Shown here piece after piece: positions 10,685 to 19,001 of a stretch of DNA of 27,961 nt. This stretch comes from a virus (taxonomy: Duplodnaviria; Caudoviricetes). The DNA is taken from IMG/VR virus record IMGVR_UViG_3300031519_000168, positions 1 through 27,961 of that record; one strand, given 5' to 3'. The position numbers and the translations under genes are program-made. A model generated the notes under the pieces. The model was not told where the DNA came from, did no database searches, and saw only the letters and a program-made list of their open reading frames with translations. Within the stretch, counting starts at the first letter, position 1. Each line of letters begins with the position of its first letter.

Positions 10685-10896
10685 TGGATGGCGAACGCTA
10701 TATTCCAGTTAACGAGAGTCCCGGTTTATTCCGGGATTCTCAGTCTGGTGCTATTATAAATATGGATAGATCTGGTGCACAGAAAGCACGGGATGCTCGT
10801 AATGAACATCTTAGAAAAGAAACAGAGATGCAAGAGCTAAAATCTGAAGTAAAAGAGATTAAAGGCATCTTACAACAACTATTAGAGAGACTTTAA
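10684..10896 (+). CDS. Small coiled-coil hypothetical protein
   Basis: Overlaps the upstream stop and abuts the next ATG. LFRD..SGAIIN motif and a heptad C-terminus (LKSEVKEIKGILQQLLERL). Confidence 0.85.
   Translation: MDGERYIPVNESPGLFRDSQSGAIINMDRSGAQKARDARNEHLRKETEMQELKSEVKEIKGILQQLLERL
10714..10741 (+). other. 11-bp GC-rich stem-loop inside the small ORF
   Basis: GAGAGTCCCGG-TTTATT-CCGGGATTCTC with one G-U pair and no U-tract. Confidence 0.55.
10755..10762 (+). promoter_or_regulatory. T4-type late promoter TATAAATA upstream of the 670-aa fibre
   Basis: Exact consensus about 135 nt before ATG 10897. Confidence 0.75.
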
Positions 10897-12909
10897 ATGG
10901 CTATTGTTAATACCACAACCGCTAATACGTTTGACGAGTGGCGTATTGGAACAAATGAGCTCGGTAGTCAGCTAGGAGATGTAAGTGGCAGCGTATCAAA
11001 CAATGCCACTACTACGTTTACAGGCCAAACAGGTGTTAATGCAAATGATTTTGTAGGAACAGCTGCGACTTTCACTATCACAAATACCGCGGGTGTTTAC
11101 TCGGTCGCTATAACCCAAGCAGGTACTGGTTACGAAGTTAATGATACCGTGGTTATTAAAGGTTCTGATATTGGTGGTGTAGATACTACTAACGATGCGA
11201 CTATCACAATCACTGCACAAACCGGTGGCAATATCACTGCAGCAACAGTTGCAGGTACTGAATCAGCTCAACTTGCTGCAGAATTTAGATTGGTTCAAGA
11301 CTTTGTTGAACCAACACAAACATTAACTACTACTGCAACAACTCTCGCTGATGCTATTAATGAACATGAAGCTAACCTTGGCTCTATGTCTTTTACAACT
11401 ACAGGTACTAATGTAACTGCAGCAATTAATGAGCTTGATGCTTTACAAGGTAATACATCGATTTCTTCTGTAGCATCTACTATAACTGGTGCTATCGTTG
11501 CACATGAATCAGATATTGGTGCGGTAGGAAGTCTTAACACTTCTGCTTCTAATTTAGTTGCTGCTGTTAATGAAATCAAAGTAACGGCTGATGACGCACA
11601 ATCTGAAATCGGTGGCAATATGTCATCTGCCTATTCAGGTGATGATACTACTATCATCTCTGCCTTGAATAACTTATATTCAGCAAGTAGTGTATCAACA
11701 TTGAACGCTGAATATTTACGTCGTGATGGCGTAGGTGATATGCAAGGCCTGGTCACTCTTGATGATCTAGGCATCTCATCTGGCTCAGATAACATGTTAA
11801 TCAAAACCGGTGCATCTGATGTAACTCGCATAACTGTGAGTGCTTCTAACGGTAACATCGGTATAGCTAAAGCTCCTGGAACATACAAGTTAGATGTGCT
11901 AGGTTCTGCGAATGCTACGACTCTACGATACGGTGGAGAAGATACTGATACTCGTTACCTACGCGCAGGCGGTGGAGCAGGCGGTGTTACAGCTATTAGC
12001 GTTGGCCTTGATCTTCAAGGTGCTAATACAATTAGTGGTGACCTTACAATTGGATCTGAATTAGTATTTGATGCTAATGGTTATACATTCACAGAATGGA
12101 ACCAAGATCTTGTAGGAGCTATGGTTACTGGTAACTCAGAAAGCGGTGGTATCTCTGCAGTATATAATGATAGCACTGGTAAACTAACATTAGCAATTGC
12201 AAACAACGCTCACTCTCATACCTCGTCTAATATATCAAATTTTACTGAATCGGTTCAAGATACTGTCGGCGCAATGATTAGTGGTAACAGTGAATCTGGA
12301 ATAACAGTTACATATACAGATTCAAGTGGAAAGCTAAATTTCAATGTAGATGATTCTGTTATAGCATTAACTGGTGCAGTTACCGGTTCTGCTACAATGA
12401 CTAACTTAGGCAATGTAACTATTGCTACTACTCATACCGCAGATCCAACGATTACTTTGTCTGGTGCCGTAACAGGTTCTGGTACAATGACAAACCTTGG
12501 TAACGTTGCAATTACTACTACAGCAACAGCTGATCCAACGTTAACTTTGTCAGGTGACTTAAGCGGTTCTGCTACATTCACTAACTTGGGTAATGCTACA
12601 CTAACAGCAACAGTTGCTAACAATAGTCATACGCACGTATCTAGCAATATCACTGATTTAACTGAGAAAGTGCAAGATCTTGTTGGTGGAATGGTTGCTG
12701 GTAATAGCGAGTCTGGTATTACTGTTACGTATAACGATTCTGCCGCAAAGCTTAATTTTGATGTTAATGATCCTACTATTACTTTAACAGGTGATGTGAC
12801 TGGTTCTGCTACAATGACTAACTTAGGTTCAATGAGTATCGCTACTACCGTAGCTACTGCTCCTACCTTAAACGTGTATGATGTAAACGGAACTCGACTG
12901 TACCCATAA
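10897..12909 (+). CDS. Tail fibre/whisker-like structural protein with internal repeats
   Basis: N-terminal NTFDEWR..TNEL, repeated AAINEL/AAVNEI segments, Thr/Gly/Ser-rich composition, HxH motifs and C-terminal repeats. Confidence 0.8.
   Translation: MAIVNTTTANTFDEWRIGTNELGSQLGDVSGSVSNNATTTFTGQTGVNANDFVGTAATFTITNTAGVYSVAITQAGTGYEVNDTVVIKGSDIGGVDTTNDATITITAQTGGNITAATVAGTESAQLAAEFRLVQDFVEPTQTLTTTATTLADAINEHEANLGSMSFTTTGTNVTAAINELDALQGNTSISSVASTITGAIVAHESDIGAVGSLNTSASNLVAAVNEIKVTADDAQSEIGGNMSSAYSGDDTTIISALNNLYSASSVSTLNAEYLRRDGVGDMQGLVTLDDLGISSGSDNMLIKTGASDVTRITVSASNGNIGIAKAPGTYKLDVLGSANATTLRYGGEDTDTRYLRAGGGAGGVTAISVGLDLQGANTISGDLTIGSELVFDANGYTFTEWNQDLVGAMVTGNSESGGISAVYNDSTGKLTLAIANNAHSHTSSNISNFTESVQDTVGAMISGNSESGITVTYTDSSGKLNFNVDDSVIALTGAVTGSATMTNLGNVTIATTHTADPTITLSGAVTGSGTMTNLGNVAITTTATADPTLTLSGDLSGSATFTNLGNATLTATVANNSHTHVSSNITDLTEKVQDLVGGMVAGNSESGITVTYNDSAAKLNFDVNDPTITLTGDVTGSATMTNLGSMSIATTVATAPTLNVYDVNGTRLYP
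12103..12860 (+). repeat. Modular protein repeats in the fibre: 3 copies of QDxVGxMxxGNSESG..Y.D...KL and 4 copies of L(T/S)GxVTGSATMTNLG
   Basis: Visible in the translation. An exact 26-bp DNA repeat GGTTCTGCTACAATGACTAACTTAGG lies at 12385-12410 and 12802-12827. Confidence 0.85.
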
Positions 12910-12926
12910 ACCTATAGGATATTATT

Positions 12927-13988
12927 GTGGCAAGACCATTAAAAGTAAATAACACATCTCCTAAAAGTTTAAAGGAGATGTCTGATGCAGAGATGAATTA
13001 CATTGCTAATAGAATTCTCGGTGCATATCAATCCGATAACTTAGGAGCTATTACTGTCAACTCTAACCCTGGCGGATATACTAATATAGGCGCATTTGTC
13101 GATACTGCTAGGCCGGGATCTGTAGGAGATCACCCAGCATCTTCTACTATTAATAGCACATCATATACCTTTAGGCAAAACCGTCAATCTGGTTCAGAAG
13201 CTCACGCTGGTCCTATGGTATGGGATGCCGCATTAGATGGTATTCAACAGGGAGGCAGTGCAGAACTAGATGCTGATATAAACCGACGTACATTTGAAAT
13301 TATGTCGGCAGGTGGATTAGCGAGTTATGTGTTACAAACAAGTGCTCCTTCAGGAGGAGTATGGACTACACGGGCTACAATAACTGATAGCTCTATTAGC
13401 GGTAATGCTACTACTAAATTATGGCAAAAGACCTCAGAAACTGCGCCGACTGCTATTAGACCATTGCTATGGAACAGCGGTTTAGATGGCATAAAAGAAG
13501 CAACTAATGCTGAAATAGCTTTACTAGTTAAACAGTATCATAATTGGTTAATAGCTAATAATAAAGGGCTTTATTATGCATCAGCTTCTGCTCCAGGTAC
13601 AGGTACATGGGTTCAAGTAGGTTCTGTATTCACTGATACTCGTCAACAACGTACTAACCAAAACTATACTGGCACTTATACTGGCACATACACTGGCACT
13701 TATACTGGCAATTATTCTGCTAACTATGCTAGGAATTTTACTGGCAATTATGCTGGGACTTACGCTGGTACCTATGTAGTTTACTACGGTTCAGGTAGAT
13801 ATGGGTATTTTACAGGATATTATACTGGTAATTATAGTGGCACTTATACTGGCTACTTTGCTGGAAGTCGACAGCATTCTTATACTGGCAACTATACTGG
13901 TAATTATAGTGGCACTTATACTGGTGCAACAATTCAAGCGGCTAAAGAAAACGTATCAACAATAAAGCTTTGGCTTAGGACTGCATAG
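12927..13988 (+). CDS. Fibre/spike-like virion protein with a C-terminal Tyr-Thr-Gly repeat domain
   Basis: GTG start after AGGA. Duplicated N-terminal motif (RPL...LDGI...; SAP..G.W), a YTGx repeat, and a terminal LWLRTA resembling T4 gp10/collar-type C-termini. Confidence 0.7.
   Translation: MARPLKVNNTSPKSLKEMSDAEMNYIANRILGAYQSDNLGAITVNSNPGGYTNIGAFVDTARPGSVGDHPASSTINSTSYTFRQNRQSGSEAHAGPMVWDAALDGIQQGGSAELDADINRRTFEIMSAGGLASYVLQTSAPSGGVWTTRATITDSSISGNATTKLWQKTSETAPTAIRPLLWNSGLDGIKEATNAEIALLVKQYHNWLIANNKGLYYASASAPGTGTWVQVGSVFTDTRQQRTNQNYTGTYTGTYTGTYTGNYSANYARNFTGNYAGTYAGTYVVYYGSGRYGYFTGYYTGNYSGTYTGYFAGSRQHSYTGNYTGNYSGTYTGATIQAAKENVSTIKLWLRTA
13665..13928 (+). repeat. 12-bp tandem repeat encoding (Y/F)(T/S/A)G(T/N/Y) tetrapeptides
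   Basis: TATACTGGCACT-like units at 13665-13712. An exact 32-bp direct repeat TATACTGGTAATTATAGTGGCACTTATACTGG lies at 13821-13852 and 13893-13924. Confidence 0.95.
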
Positions 13989-14023
13989 TCTAGTTAAAGT
14001 TATATAAAATTAAAGGTATAATC

Positions 14024-14488
14024 ATGAATGTAGTATCAAAGAAATACAGTGATCCAATATGGAGCAATAACGATAAAGCTCAGGTATTAGTTACTATCAC
14101 TACAGAAACAGAAGACGGCAATATATTAATACAGTCTGCTTCTGTTTCTAAAGATGAAAGTAATCCTGATTGGCAAGCTATCGTAAAAGAATATAAAGTA
14201 ACTGGTATAGATAATAATACCAAAGCTATTATAGATTCACATAAAGAAAATCTCATAACACAAAGCGCTGTTAGAAAAGAAGAACGAGCAGCTGACGTAG
14301 AACGTGGAAAACAAGAAAAGTTATTTGAAACTAAGCTTGCTATCTTTGAGATTGAAAATATTAAGAACTCTAAAGATCGTAAGATCAAAGCTTTGATTCG
14401 TAAAGCACCCACTGAAGTTGAAGCAATGGCTTATGCCAGCGCTCTTTTATTGAATGTAATTAATGAAACTCCAAAATCAAAAACATAA
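14024..14488 (+). CDS. Hypothetical protein, possibly a fibre chaperone or accessory factor
   Basis: 154-aa charged ORF with an AAGG Shine-Dalgarno, directly after the repeat protein and overlapping the next gene. Confidence 0.7.
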   Translation: MNVVSKKYSDPIWSNNDKAQVLVTITTETEDGNILIQSASVSKDESNPDWQAIVKEYKVTGIDNNTKAIIDSHKENLITQSAVRKEERAADVERGKQEKLFETKLAIFEIENIKNSKDRKIKALIRKAPTEVEAMAYASALLLNVINETPKSKT

Positions 14489-15182
14489 TGGTTATCTAAT
14501 TGCTGCGACTCAGTCTAAGTATTATTATCAAAGTGCGATAAACTTAGCTGAGTCTATATTAGATCATTTCCCAGATGCAAAGATTGCATTGTTCACTGAA
14601 GAAGGTTTATTTGAAGATATTCATTTAGATCTATTCGATCACATAAATCTAGAAACTCCTTCACATTGCCGTGGTAAGCTATGGGCTTTGTCACGAACTC
14701 CTTATATCAATACAATGTATATCGATGCTGATTGCGAAGTGATGCATGAAGACATCAGTCTTGCATTTAATGAAATGAGCGGTGATATTACTCTCACTAG
14801 CATTAGACCATACTCTGGCGCACAAGTAAAATTTAATAATAATACCGAAGAAATGGTGTACCATTGCGGTGTTTTATGTTATAATAATAGTGCGTTAACA
14901 ATAGAGTTTATGAAAGATTGGTGGGAAGAATATGAATACCAACATAGAATAGAACCTTGGCCATACCCAGATGATGCATCGTTAAGGCCATGGGATCAGT
15001 ATACGTTTTGGCGTTTGCTAAGAATGGATAAATACAAAGACATTAATCTTAATATATTTAAAGACGATGCGAGATGGAATTTCGTAAACAACTATAAAAA
15101 AGATGAAGCAGTGGGTGAGATAATAATATATCACCATACATTAGATGGAGATAAGGTGCATGCGGGTTCTATCAAAGATTGA
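14463..15182 (+). CDS. GT-A fold glycosyltransferase
   Basis: TMYIDAD DxD motif, K-W-ALSRTPY, HCGVLCY, WDQYTFWRLL, RWNFV and a C-terminal IIYHH. Confidence 0.85.
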   Translation: MKLQNQKHNGYLIAATQSKYYYQSAINLAESILDHFPDAKIALFTEEGLFEDIHLDLFDHINLETPSHCRGKLWALSRTPYINTMYIDADCEVMHEDISLAFNEMSGDITLTSIRPYSGAQVKFNNNTEEMVYHCGVLCYNNSALTIEFMKDWWEEYEYQHRIEPWPYPDDASLRPWDQYTFWRLLRMDKYKDINLNIFKDDARWNFVNNYKKDEAVGEIIIYHHTLDGDKVHAGSIKD

Positions 15183-15783
15183 TCCAGAATTATTAGAAAT
15201 TTTAGATTGGTGGAAGGAATGGATTTTATCTTTAGATATTGAAGCTAATGCAGACCTTGGAAGACAAGGCGCGTATAATCATGACTACGGAACAAGTGTT
15301 GAATATCTAGAACAGCTTCAAGAAGAAGCACATCTTGGATTTCCAGAGTGTAGTAAAGGTGTATCATTCGGCACGGTACCAAGACGTTATCCTATTGAAT
15401 GGGAAGCAAAGGTAAAGGAATGTGATAAGAAGCTTATTAGATTTCTTGGTGCAAGGAACGGTGCGGTTAAGATGTATTATCCTAAGGACGGTTTCTTAGG
15501 TTGGCATAATAATGCTAATGCTCCAGGTTATAATATCATTATGTCATACACTGAAAACGGTGGTGGCTATTTTAAATATCAGGATCCTATTACAAAAGAG
15601 ATTGTTAAGATAGATGATCCAGGTGGATGGACTGTTAAGGTAGGATATTTTGGTGCACACGATGAACCTAATCATATATTCTGGCACTCTGCAGGTACTG
15701 ATGTGCCAAGGCTTACATTAGCTTATGTGATACCAGATAAGTGGATGTGGGAAGAGATGATCATGGATATAAGTGATGACTGA
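15160..15783 (+). CDS. 2OG-Fe(II) oxygenase-like double-stranded beta-helix protein
   Basis: MYYPKDGFLGWHNN...FWHSAGTDVPRLTLAY gives H..H..R spacing like 2OG oxygenases. Start is 15160 (after AAGGT) or 15145. Confidence 0.65.
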   Translation: MRVLSKIDPELLEILDWWKEWILSLDIEANADLGRQGAYNHDYGTSVEYLEQLQEEAHLGFPECSKGVSFGTVPRRYPIEWEAKVKECDKKLIRFLGARNGAVKMYYPKDGFLGWHNNANAPGYNIIMSYTENGGGYFKYQDPITKEIVKIDDPGGWTVKVGYFGAHDEPNHIFWHSAGTDVPRLTLAYVIPDKWMWEEMIMDISDD

Positions 15784-16495
15784 GTTCTTCATACATCCAT
15801 GGTTCAGTAGGACCATTAAACAAACACACTAAAGATTCTTCTGTGTAGAATAGATCTATAGTATCATATGGCATTAATTTAGTTTTTACTTCATTCTTAA
15901 AGTTCTTGTGCTTTCCAATATAATCATCGGACATTCCATATAATCTAGAGTATATTAATCCTTCTGGAAAATACTCTAGATTGAATCCTTCATGGAATAA
16001 AAATCTATCAATGCCTTTATACTTAACCATATAGTAATCAGCATTAGCATCAAAGTAGTCCCAGATATAATCTAAAGAACCTGCTTCCCATACAAGTACA
16101 CTTGAATTAACGTACATATTATATCGTTCTTTATGCTTTGGTGAAGATCCATCTGTAACGAAATCACCTTTCCAATAGCAACGAATCATTCTAAGATTAT
16201 CACACTTATAGTCTAAAAGTGATTCTATATCGTTTTGAATAACAACATCTATATCAAAATATAAACATGTACCTTTCACAAAATCCTTCCGGAACATTGC
16301 AAGCTTGTTCCAGTAAATTTCCAGGTCATTATCTAAAGGCATAGATATACTATCGCACTCAAGTCCGGTAGGATCTTCTGTATAACAGTAAAATTTATGA
16401 GGCACCTTAAGATATTTCTGCACGTTTCTTTGAAGTCTATTGACATCGTGTGCAGAATACTTAGTACCCCATTTAACGCATATAACATTTATCAT
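15761..16495 (-). CDS. GT-A fold glycosyltransferase (inverted)
   Basis: VICVKWGTKY..VNRL...FYCYTED, WNKL and YFDIDVVI (DxD), NSSV.VW. Confidence 0.88.
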   Translation of the reverse strand: MINVICVKWGTKYSAHDVNRLQRNVQKYLKVPHKFYCYTEDPTGLECDSISMPLDNDLEIYWNKLAMFRKDFVKGTCLYFDIDVVIQNDIESLLDYKCDNLRMIRCYWKGDFVTDGSSPKHKERYNMYVNSSVLVWEAGSLDYIWDYFDANADYYMVKYKGIDRFLFHEGFNLEYFPEGLIYSRLYGMSDDYIGKHKNFKNEVKTKLMPYDTIDLFYTEESLVCLFNGPTEPWMYEELSHHLYP

Positions 16496-16508
16496 AAGGC
16501 TATTTATT

Positions 16509-17075
16509 ATGTTCGTAATGGACGCAACAACTCAAAGAGCTATTAAGAAATATCCTCATCGAGCAGTAGACATAGCACAATCATATAACGAAAAGCAAGT
16601 TAAGTGTAAGGATTGGTTATGCGATCACTTATACTTTGATATGAGAACTCAAAAGTTTGATAGGATATATGTTGCAGGGAGTTGGTATGGTAATGTGCTT
16701 GTGCCTCGATTAAAAGAAATCTATCCTGACACAGAAATAAGGTTGCATGATATAGATGAAGAAGTAGTGAGCATATCAAAAAACATATTCTTTAAAGATG
16801 ACGATCTTGTTAAGACCGAGCTCATTGACTGCTCAGTATATGAATATAAATATTTAGCAATTAATACTTCATGTGAACATATGCCTCCACTTAAAGTAAG
16901 GCCAGGTTCATATGTGGCATTACAGAGTAACAACTATCGTGAAATAGAAGATCACACTAACTGTGTAGATTCTGCTCTTGAATTAGCAGATCAATATGGT
17001 GTCAAAGATATAATCTTCGAAGGTGATTTAGAGTTTGAAAAATATACAAGATTTATGGTTATAGGAAGAGTATAA
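16509..17075 (+). CDS. Class I SAM-dependent methyltransferase-like protein
   Basis: IYVAGSWYG motif I, acidic DID after the second strand, INTSCEH and ALQSNNY. The start is probably 16509 or 16518, not the overlapping 16440. Confidence 0.7.
   Translation: MFVMDATTQRAIKKYPHRAVDIAQSYNEKQVKCKDWLCDHLYFDMRTQKFDRIYVAGSWYGNVLVPRLKEIYPDTEIRLHDIDEEVVSISKNIFFKDDDLVKTELIDCSVYEYKYLAINTSCEHMPPLKVRPGSYVALQSNNYREIEDHTNCVDSALELADQYGVKDIIFEGDLEFEKYTRFMVIGRV
16845..16852 (+). promoter_or_regulatory. Possible internal late promoter upstream of the radical SAM genes
   Basis: Exact TATAAATA inside the methyltransferase gene; could be chance in AT-rich DNA. Confidence 0.4.
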
Positions 17076-18055
17076 TGTACGAAAGAGATATTACTAAAAT
17101 ACATCTAGAGATTACAAATAGATGTAATGCAGCATGTCCAGCATGTCCTAGAACTGGGGATTTTAAGGGTAAATTAGCTGGACATATGGTTACGTCTGGT
17201 TGGCACGATATATCTCTAGATGATATAAAGGAAATTCATAGCCAAGTGCCAAAGCTTGAAGGTGTAAATTTATGTGGCAACTTTGGAGATCCTGCTGCGG
17301 CACCAGACTTTTTTAAAATAGTTAATTATTTTGCTGATAATAATATATCGGTTATAGTGTCTACTAATGGAGGACCACGTACATCAAAGGCCTGGGCAAG
17401 TATTGCTCGTCCAAATGTTAAGATCTCTTTCCATATTGATGGTGATGAAGACACAAATCACATTTATAGAGTAGGTACTAAGTGGGATAAAATAATGGCT
17501 AACGCTCAAGCATATCTTGATGCAGGAGGAGTAGGTGATTGGACGCTTATACCCTTTAAACATAATGAGCACATTATCGATAAATGCGAACAACTGTCAA
17601 AGGAAATGGGGTTTCGCCAGTTTAAAGTTAAGAAATCATATAGAGTAGGTAATAACGATAGCACTTCTCAACCAATAGAACTACCGGTTAATAAGAAATA
17701 CGTTAATGAATACGTGCATAAGAACGTCAACAGAGATATTATCTGTAAAGCAAAAGATGAAGATGAAATTTATATTTCTGCAGACGGAGATGTTGCACCA
17801 TGTTGCTGGACAGGTTCAAATATGTGGCAAGAGAAATACAAAAATCCTTTATCTCCAAAGTCTCCATCTATAGAAAAGAAATATTTTGTAGACTTTGATA
17901 ATAACTTTAGAACTAATCCGCTTGGAAATATCATTGATTGTTATATAGGTAAAACAGATCAATGGGAAACTGCATGGGACTGTAAGGCATTTGGAGTGTG
18001 CAATAAAAGTTGTGGCACGAGCAAGTGGTTAGATAGGTATCAAGAAAGATCATGA
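17075..18055 (+). CDS. Radical SAM enzyme with a SPASM/twitch C-terminal domain
   Basis: CNAACPAC (CX3CX2C), GNFGDP, STNG, FHIDG, and a C-terminal C...IYISADGDVAPCC...C...C. Confidence 0.92.
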   Translation: MYERDITKIHLEITNRCNAACPACPRTGDFKGKLAGHMVTSGWHDISLDDIKEIHSQVPKLEGVNLCGNFGDPAAAPDFFKIVNYFADNNISVIVSTNGGPRTSKAWASIARPNVKISFHIDGDEDTNHIYRVGTKWDKIMANAQAYLDAGGVGDWTLIPFKHNEHIIDKCEQLSKEMGFRQFKVKKSYRVGNNDSTSQPIELPVNKKYVNEYVHKNVNRDIICKAKDEDEIYISADGDVAPCCWTGSNMWQEKYKNPLSPKSPSIEKKYFVDFDNNFRTNPLGNIIDCYIGKTDQWETAWDCKAFGVCNKSCGTSKWLDRYQERS

Positions 18056-18705
18056 TGGGTTTAGCAGATGATCCCAGGTATCGCAAACTAGGATGTAACA
18101 TTGACATCACTGATAAGTGCGTACTAGCTTGTCCAAAATGTATGAGGCAAACTTGTCCAGGCTTGTATAAGCGTGGATCAGATCTTCTTCCTGAAGATTT
18201 TAGAAAAATGGCTAAGTTCTTTAATAAGGTATCTTGGTGTGGACAAATGGGTGATCCAATATATCATCCGAACATGCATGGTCTATTAGACGTGGCAATA
18301 GAAGAACAGGTTAACCTGACAATAGCGACAAATGGATTTGGTAAGAAAGATAAATGGTGGGATGTGTCATATGAAAAAGCTGCTCAAATAAAAAAGCATA
18401 GATGGATATTTGGAGTAGACGGCTTACCTAAAGATAGTCATAAGTACCGAGTTAATCAAGATGGTGAAGCTGTATTTAAACAGATGATTCGTGGTGTTAA
18501 AGCGGGTAATAATATATGCTGGCAATATATAGTCTTCTCTTACAATGAGAATGACATAGACGAAGCTAGGAAGATGGCAGAAGATAACGGTATAGATTTT
18601 ATGTTATTAGAATCTAGTAGATGGTACACTGAAGATGATCCGCTTAAACCTACTAAACATTTTATTGATAGAATCGTTGGAAGAGAAATAGAGATGAACT
18701 CATGA
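18052..18705 (+). CDS. Radical SAM enzyme (core domain only)
   Basis: CVLACPKC, GQMGDP, ATNG, FGVDGL and YRV motifs; paralogous to the preceding gene but without a SPASM tail. Confidence 0.92.
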   Translation: MMGLADDPRYRKLGCNIDITDKCVLACPKCMRQTCPGLYKRGSDLLPEDFRKMAKFFNKVSWCGQMGDPIYHPNMHGLLDVAIEEQVNLTIATNGFGKKDKWWDVSYEKAAQIKKHRWIFGVDGLPKDSHKYRVNQDGEAVFKQMIRGVKAGNNICWQYIVFSYNENDIDEARKMAEDNGIDFMLLESSRWYTEDDPLKPTKHFIDRIVGREIEMNS

Positions 18706-19001
18706 AACTATATCCTAGATGTTTAAAATTAGAGAATGAAGCAACATTAAGTGCTACTGGTTATATAGTTCCATGTTGCTGGGCTGATAGTCCAGCGTTT
18801 GAAGGCATGGAAAGTTTAGTTCAACCGCACTTACATATTAGTAATGTTAATGATGTGCAAGATATTATACTATCAACTGAATGGGATCAGTTCTTTAGTG
18901 ACTTAATAGAGAAGCCAGACGATGCTCCTCCTGTTTGTAAGCAGCATTGTTGCACCGATAAGTCTTTTAAAAATAGAGGTGACCGTGAAATTAACCGTTG
19001 A
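18702..19001 (+). CDS. Stand-alone SPASM/twitch Fe-S domain protein
   Basis: RC...LSATGYIVPCCW...PVCKQHC matches the C-terminal domain of 17075-18055; ATGA overlap with the upstream gene. Confidence 0.85.
   Translation: MKLYPRCLKLENEATLSATGYIVPCCWADSPAFEGMESLVQPHLHISNVNDVQDIILSTEWDQFFSDLIEKPDDAPPVCKQHCCTDKSFKNRGDREINR

Noticed and set aside
828-12623. Many short antisense or off-frame ORFs inside structural genes (e.g. 1437-1682, 3028-3345, 10072-10443, 11295-11618)
   Set aside because: Shadow ORFs produced by codon bias, fully nested in strong genes, with no recognisable motifs.
13665-13928. CRISPR array or diversity-generating retroelement
   Set aside because: Repeats are in-frame 12-mers without spacers; no reverse transcriptase and no adenine-specific template/variable pair seen in the window.
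12927-13988. Classical secreted RiPP precursor
   Set aside because: No recognisable leader, protease or exporter nearby; the protein has structural-type domains on both sides of the repeat.
16440-16508. TTG start at 16440 and TTGACA -35 box at 16440-16445
   Set aside because: Lies within the opposite-strand GT gene, and there is no acceptable -10 at 16-18 nt spacing.
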